NCBI GenBank assembly: GCA_028282585.1
Contig: JANQHR010000069.1
Span: forward strand, 1-10,914
Reading direction: 5' to 3'
Origin: Bacteroidales bacterium
GTDB taxonomy: Bacteria; Bacteroidota; Bacteroidia; Bacteroidales; UBA12077
Length of the DNA stretch: 10,914 bases
Below the pieces are notes generated by a model, which was given only the letters and a program-made list of their open reading frames with translations, did not search any database and was not told the origin of the DNA. Positions 8,701 to 10,914 of the stretch are shown piece by piece; the first letter of the stretch is position 1; each line of letters opens with the position of its first letter. Made by a program: the position numbers and the translations under genes.

Positions 8701-9214
8701 GATTTCCTGTCGATCCAGATGAAAATTGTATATATGCTATATCATTTTCAGTAATCTCCTTTATTTCTCCTTGTACATTACTGTCGGAATCATCTGTTAA
8801 AATAAGTCTATCTCTTATCAAGTTTTTAAGTTCTTGATCTAATTTAACATTCTTAGAATAATTCTCGTTAGTGGTTATTAGATAAGGAGAATATAAAACT
8901 TTGATTATATTTTTTAATTTTTCCTTTAAATCTTCGGTTAAAGCATAGTTAACAGGAACAGGAATAATTCTTCCCAATATACAAGCCCAAAATGTCTCAA
9001 TAAATATATTAGGCTCTTGTAATTGAAATACCAGTTCGTCCCCCTCATTAATACCAAACTGTTGTAATCTTCCCAAGGTAAAAATAGCCCTCTTATTCAA
9101 TTCTTCATAAGAAACAAATGAATCATTACCAATACTATTGATATACGTAATGCCTTTATTAGAACAATTACCTAATCTCAAGAAAATATTCTGTAAGTTA
9201 TTTTGAGAAGTCAT
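2777..9214 (-). CDS. Lipopeptide-initiating NRPS, ~2145 aa: FAAL (fatty acyl-AMP ligase)-ACP-C-A(Asn)-PCP-E-COM donor
   Basis: FAAL motifs IQFSSGSTGNPKG, SWMPLTHDMGLI, YGLAEAS, TGDLGF, PKTTSGKIQR; carrier GGNSL; C core HHIVADG; A motifs YTSGTSGQPKG, FDLTVTS, NEYGPTETTVG, NGKVDK; PCP GGDSI; E motifs HHLVIDGLSWRILLEDL, SRTIGWFTSIYP, GLGYGVL, FNYMGQF; C-terminal TPSDF plus acidic tail. The start is placed at Met16 of the tracked ORF (ATG 9214-9212, MTSQNN). This removes the overlap with upxY and matches where MycA-type FAALs begin; the tracked start at 9259 is less likely. Confidence 0.95.
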   Translation of the reverse strand: MTSQNNLQNIFLRLGNCSNKGITYINSIGNDSFVSYEELNKRAIFTLGRLQQFGINEGDELVFQLQEPNIFIETFWACILGRIIPVPVNYALTEDLKEKLKNIIKVLYSPYLITTNENYSKNVKLDQELKNLIRDRLILTDDSDSNVQGEIKEITENDIAYIQFSSGSTGNPKGVILTHQNLYTNIESIHHGIYSPQEGDKFYSWMPLTHDMGLIGFHLTPLYKGWNHFIMPTELFMRNPSLWLRKIADYKITFTSSPNFGYQYLLKHFRPEKNHNIDLSSLRIIVNGAEPISKEICQKFNNYFKSYGLKDNTIFPVYGLAEASLAVSFSKPEKNIFSVHVDRNHLNIGEKIIHTDQNNSSIQFVSVGKQIKNTYIRLVNREDKALENGYVGRIQIKGKNVTSGYYNNQKDTLRLVTNDGWVDTGDLGFKDTYGELYIVGREKDIIFVNGENYYSHDLERIAEQVKEVELGKVVIVGNYNSSLSRDEIIAFILYRGMLESFVSIRKSCIEVINKKVGIHLDHVIPVKGIPKTTSGKIQRYKLLQNYQNGHYVDIISRLNVLIKKERKERVIESLSNSEKNVLQIWQRILGRKDINLEDDFFAIGGNSLKASQLVAELRGELNMDISLEDIYTIKTIKGLSKLAQSKKNIESYKIERNENKRFRLSHAQNRLFYFYQLNKLSLAYNLPQGFILKGEVEINRLKNALIELINAYDIFKTTFHFEDGKPYQYVHNESVISFEEMKLRSDERFEKQVLNYVTPFNLEILPLIRLKYAFINNVTVLLFDIHHIVADGSSLIKIIHDYLNLVQNRKTEKIEYEYADFVLWEEKFLNSKINQEIKNYWLNKFSDDVPKLDLPYDFPKVNTSNYDGARFYGSLGSNLNRSIEDLSRKTEVSKSVILFACYSLLMHKITGQEDMIIGIAEAGRNHGKFIETVGMFVNNLPIRFYPKGNTRFIQYLNDINKEFVQSMNNKDLPYNELLNLLNHKSSDENNSLFDTMFVYQNMTFPTFSNNEFEISYFPVDQKTSKFDISLELFENENIDFTFEYSTALFKEGTIKEYSEYFIQIIKSIIDNPGSNIKDIDIISDKKKIGLISEYNKTGSDNPDVLIHELFENRSLDNPDAEALICGDVQLSYMELNNEANELAKILVHEGVKNEAFVAILMDKSIEFVVSVLAILKAGGAYVPVDINYPESRKKYILDDCNPILILTTKATQESNKNILNEFSKDKIICVDDLNKYDLNLPEYKINIKSNNLAYMIYTSGTSGQPKGVMIEHGNLLNYIWWAQKQYVKNEKVHFPLFTSVAFDLTVTSLFLPLVTGNSIFIYQENDRNLLIEQVLLEDRVGVIKLTPSHLKLIRDDHKINPENIKNLKRFIVGGEDLASELANEISCMFNNRIEIFNEYGPTETTVGCMIYKFKHKEKYNKSIPIGKPADNVHIYLLDKYNNPVPRGITGEIFVGGLGVGRGYHSKKSLTYDKFITVSELSEKKLYKTGDLARFNESGQIEFLGRSDHQVKINGYRIELGEIEKCILEFEDIKSTVVIQSNIDGIYKLFAYYTSKTDICENALRNHIQNRLPSYMIPNAFFNIDNIPLTRNGKVDKEALLSLNLLKKGKEIRAAENEIQKLLVEIFQKVLNVDEIGIDDNFFQIGGDSIKAVQITSRLYNKGYSLLANEILVNQSIEQICKCVKKSNEEYDQGIVTGEKKLSVIEKWFFEQNFKDQNYYNQSLLLEFKRNINRNLLEQTFDKIIEHHDGLRMNFNPKSRLMYFNNEYLNQPFEVDEYFINHKDEIESLGIKIKSKFDITNTLLIKAAIIRQNGKADRLLITSHHLVIDGLSWRILLEDLYTIYLNLEKKRTFYLPQKTANLIDWQNAINKYASSNELMDQSNFWNRIEEKELKLFDYKENKTPFRGEGSRSQIIIDKEKTDYLLKDANISYGTDIQILLISSLLKTLREHYNKDTFIIDTESYGRIIEGIDVSRTIGWFTSIYPVEFILNSNNINDILKLVKEQLRNIPKNGLGYGVLKYINKKFNKLTKRRSEVRFNYMGQFGKELSNDLFSFINDYTGEDISNKNEFTTNLEVNSFIIDGKLIIDIICNKSMLDYHELTVIREGIERNINGIFLYLSNNTEIHFTPSDFDTVELSEEELESLF
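2780..4140 (-). other. Epimerisation domain plus C-terminal COM donor; approximate bounds
   Basis: LSVIEKWFF, HHDGLRM, HHLVIDGLSW, ESYGR (variant of EGHGRE), SRTIGWFTSIYPV, VKEQLRNIP, FNYMGQF, TPSDFDTVELSEEELESLF. Confidence 0.88.
4165..4375 (-). other. Peptidyl carrier domain of the type preceding epimerisation domains; approximate bounds
   Basis: DDNFFQIGGDSIKAVQI; GGDSI (4271-4282 region) is typical of PCPs that serve E domains. Confidence 0.9.
4420..5900 (-). other. Adenylation domain of NRPS-1, Stachelhaus code DLTKIGEVGK (Asn); approximate bounds
   Basis: Code read by manual alignment to GrsA: FDLTVTS (D,L,T), VIKLTPS (K), FIVGGE (I,G), NEYGPTETTVG (E,V,G), NGK (K). DLTKIGEVGK is the established Asn code. 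Confidence 0.88.
5960..7225 (-). other. Condensation domain of NRPS-1 (couples the acyl chain to Asn); approximate bounds
   Basis: LSHAQNRLF...YNLP, HHIVADGSS (~6839-6859), VGMFVNNLPIR, SKFDISL, FEYSTALFKEGTI. Confidence 0.9.
7280..7490 (-). other. Acyl carrier (thiolation) domain of NRPS-1; approximate bounds
   Basis: IWQRILG...DDFFAIGGNSLKASQL with the phosphopantetheinylation Ser (~7394-7405). Confidence 0.9.
7570..9214 (-). other. FAAL domain of NRPS-1 (MycA/ItuA-like acyl-AMP ligase); approximate bounds
   Basis: FWACILGRIIPVPV, SWMPLTHDMGLIG, MPTELFMRNPSLW, SSPNFGY and GREKDIIFVNG closely resemble the mycosubtilin/iturin N-terminal ligase as I recall it. A FAAL-type insertion (HVDRNHLNIGEKIIH...) follows YGLAEAS. 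Confidence 0.85.
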
Positions 9215-9246
9215 TGACACTAGCCTTTTTACATAGCATAAAATAA

Positions 9247-9768
9247 CTATGAATAACACATTTTAACACTTTCTATATAGTTTGAAGGTACATTAATAAT
9301 TAATGATTGCTTTAATGAAACTATTTTAACTGCAAACCTTTGGCTTCCACGCTCTTCAAGTAAAACCCCCTCCAGTCCGCATAAAGGACCTTCGTTGATT
9401 AACACCTTAGTTCCTATTTTTAAATCATCACTAACTTCTACAGTAGACTTCTTACTTATAATATAGTTTATCTGATCTATTTCTTTTTGCTTTATAAAAA
9501 CAGGATCTTTACAAAATGTGACGCAACTAATAACCTTTGGTGTCTTTAGTATATCAAAGATTTTATTACGTTCAATATTCACAAAAATATAATTGGGAAA
9601 TAAAGGAACTTGTAAACGTTTCTTTCTGTCACTCCAGTTTTTAACTATCCAATGTAATGGCAAAAAAGTTTCATAACCTTCTCTTTGTAAGTACTTTTGC
9701 ACCTTTCTTTCAAATTTAGGATAAGTGTAAAAAACGTACCACTTCTTTGTAAAAAAAATAGAATCCAT
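9247..9768 (-). CDS. upxY: UpxY-family (NusG paralogue) transcription antiterminator, 173 aa
   Basis: NGN domain: KWYVFYTYPKFERKV...FLPL...WSDRKKRLQVPLFPNYIFV (the WSDRKK..PLF segment is characteristic of Bacteroidota UpxY-like proteins). KOW domain: GTKVLINEGPLCGLEG. First gene of the operon; 32 nt separate it from the likely NRPS start. Confidence 0.9.
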   Translation of the reverse strand: MDSIFFTKKWYVFYTYPKFERKVQKYLQREGYETFLPLHWIVKNWSDRKKRLQVPLFPNYIFVNIERNKIFDILKTPKVISCVTFCKDPVFIKQKEIDQINYIISKKSTVEVSDDLKIGTKVLINEGPLCGLEGVLLEERGSQRFAVKIVSLKQSLIINVPSNYIESVKMCYS

Positions 9769-10066
9769 AAGTTACTTTAATAAAATTAACCAGGTTAAAC
9801 TTTTTCTTCTTATAGCAATTTCCAGACATAGAAATCCCATTAGAGCTTTTATTAAAATCCCTTAAAGTATCATCTATACGTTCAAAAAACAGAAAGAGGG
9901 TCTATTGCTATGTAAGCTAATAACAATTCTCGAATTATATCAGTATTGGAGAAAAACCAAGTTAATAAAAGAAGAATTCAATTTGTAGGCTACACAGTCA
10001 ATAAATTAGAGTTATAGTTTTTGCTTATATTCTTAAACAAAACGCCTAATATTAATTTCAGGACAC

Positions 10067-10075
10067 AGCTTCGCT
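10067..10075 (-). promoter_or_regulatory. Candidate ops-like pause / antiterminator loading site (AGCGAAGCT)
   Basis: The minus (non-template) strand reads TTATA-AGCGAAGCT-GTGTCC: a GC-rich mini-hairpin (AGC-GAA-GCT) in an AT-rich leader ~300 nt upstream of upxY. It resembles the GCG...AGC core of E. coli ops (GGCGGTAGnnTG). Confidence 0.5.
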
Positions 10076-10127
10076 TATAAAACTCACAAAACTGGTTCAT
10101 TTTAATAAAGCAAATAAAGTTTATATA

Positions 10128-10157
10128 CGAAAATAAAAATTTTAATTTAAATTTCAA
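10128..10157 (-). promoter_or_regulatory. Putative Bacteroidota housekeeping-sigma promoter for the upxY-NRPS operon
   Basis: Minus strand: TTG (10157-10155), 19-nt spacer, TATTTTCG (10135-10128). One mismatch to the TTG-N19-TAnnTTTG (-33/-7) consensus; it would start transcription ~45 nt upstream of the ops-like site. Confidence 0.4.
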
Positions 10158-10174
10158 TGTTATCAAACTAAAAC

Positions 10175-10200
10175 TATAACTTTTTAACAAAAAAGTTATA
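10175..10200. repeat. Perfect 11-bp inverted repeat (TATAACTTTTT-AACA-AAAAAGTTATA); operator or hairpin
   Basis: Read directly: arms 10175-10185 and 10190-10200, 4-nt spacer. Confidence 0.7.
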
Positions 10201-10238
10201 TATCCATAACATTTATATAGCATGGTAAGTGCATAACA

Positions 10239-10246
10239 CAAACTTA
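10239..10246 (-). promoter_or_regulatory. Alternative -7 promoter box (TAAGTTTG)
   Basis: Exact TAnnTTTG match on the minus strand, but no TTG/TTTG at the expected -33 spacing. Confidence 0.25.
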
Positions 10247-10610
10247 AAATGTATTTTATAATACGTCTGTGATAAAGTAGTTAGTCTTATTTTAAATCCC
10301 TATTCAGAATATTTATTATTCTAATGAGTAAATTATCAACAAAAGTTGGTATTAAAAATTTAATCAAATTATCATATAAAATGTATTTAGCAAGCTATTT
10401 GGATACTTCATATGAAACATTTTCTAACATGTTGCTATCTTATATTCTTTATCTACATGAAATTGTTTAAAATATAGTCCTTACAACATTTCATTATCTC
10501 TTAACCAGATCGAGAAACTATTTAATGGACGCATAATGCTTTTAAAATAAATTTGATATAGTTCTGTTTAAGCGACCATAATTTAAATGTTATACTAAGA
10601 TAATTCAGAT

Positions 10611-10648
10611 ATAATAACATTCGCTTTACATTATAATATTCTTCGCTT
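10611..10648. repeat. Imperfect direct repeat, 22-bp period (ATAATAnnnTTCGCTT x2)
   Basis: ATAATAACATTCGCTT (10611-10626) and ATAATATTCTTCGCTT (10633-10648); 13/16 identical. Confidence 0.5.
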
Positions 10649-10869
10649 ATTGAAACACCACTAATGTATAATAATTTATAAAAAATTGATTGTAAAGTTC
10701 TTACAAATTAATTTCAATTCTTACAAGCTCCACTACAATCTCAAAACTCTAAAAAACAAAATTAATCACTTGATCTAATCTTTCTTTTTGATTCTAGCTA
10801 CCCATTTTTAGTACTTATGTGTTTATTTATAAAATATCTTTACTATTATTGTATAGATTTTAGAATAAA

Positions 10870-10914
10870 ATGAATTTTCAGGGAATAAATAAAAATAAAC
10901 AAGTTATGGATAAG
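10870..10914 (+). CDS. Possible N-terminus of a divergently transcribed gene (truncated by the window edge)
   Basis: The frame from ATG 10870 is open to the end (MNFQGINKNKQVMDK). The second ATG at 10906 follows an A-rich stretch (AAAAATAAACAAGTT) typical of Bacteroidota translation starts. Too short to identify. Confidence 0.3.
   Translation, partial: MNFQGINKNKQVMDK

Noticed and set aside
2777-9214. Assigning mycA/ituA or clbN as the gene symbol
   Set aside because: The architecture differs from both: it lacks MycA's KS and aminotransferase and has an E domain, and it carries an N-terminal FAAL-ACP absent from ClbN.
9215-9259. Longer NRPS-1 start (MLFIVILCYVKRLVS) suggesting a signal peptide or overlap with upxY
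   Set aside because: FAAL similarity begins at MTSQNN (9214); the extension overlaps the upxY stop and NRPSs are cytoplasmic.
9751-9758. A8 homopolymer near the 5' end of upxY as a slipped-strand phase-variation tract
   Set aside because: Runs of 7-8 A/T occur elsewhere in the coding sequence (e.g. ~4115-4122) and are expected at this base composition.
9247-9768. Housekeeping nusG
   Set aside because: No secE/rplK context, and it lacks the C-terminal FGR.TPVEL-type motif of NusG; the sequence fits a specialised paralogue.
9990-10241. 83-aa minus-strand ORF from the track
   Set aside because: Low-complexity F/L/K/Y composition typical of translated AT-rich non-coding DNA, and it overlaps the candidate promoter, palindrome and ops-like site. 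A leader-peptide role cannot be fully excluded.
9769-10914. CRISPR array, tRNA or IS element in the long non-coding region
   Set aside because: No regularly spaced 25-45 bp repeats, no cloverleaf, and no transposase fragment or long terminal inverted repeats are visible.

Overview
AT-rich window (roughly 25-30% GC by eye) with Bacteroidota-like signals: a UpxY-type NusG paralogue, A-rich translation starts without Shine-Dalgarno motifs, and TAnnTTTG-like promoter boxes. It holds the 5' end of a minus-strand nonribosomal lipopeptide gene cluster. Gene order: a 1.1-kb upstream region; a upxY-family antiterminator (9247-9768); NRPS-1 (2777-9214; FAAL-ACP-C-A[Asn]-PCP-E-COM); and NRPS-2 (starts at 2703, runs off the left edge, missing from the ORF track; COM-DCL-A[Val]...). 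The predicted product begins N-acyl-D-Asn-Val. N-acyl-D-Asn is the self-protection prodrug leader of colibactin, xenocoumacin, amicoumacin and zwittermicin, but here a MycA-like fatty acyl-AMP ligase loads it in cis. The operon appears to be led by an antiterminator family best known from capsule loci, with a candidate ops-like GCGAAGC hairpin in the leader. A divergent gene may start at the right edge. All calls come from reading motifs by eye; no searches were run.
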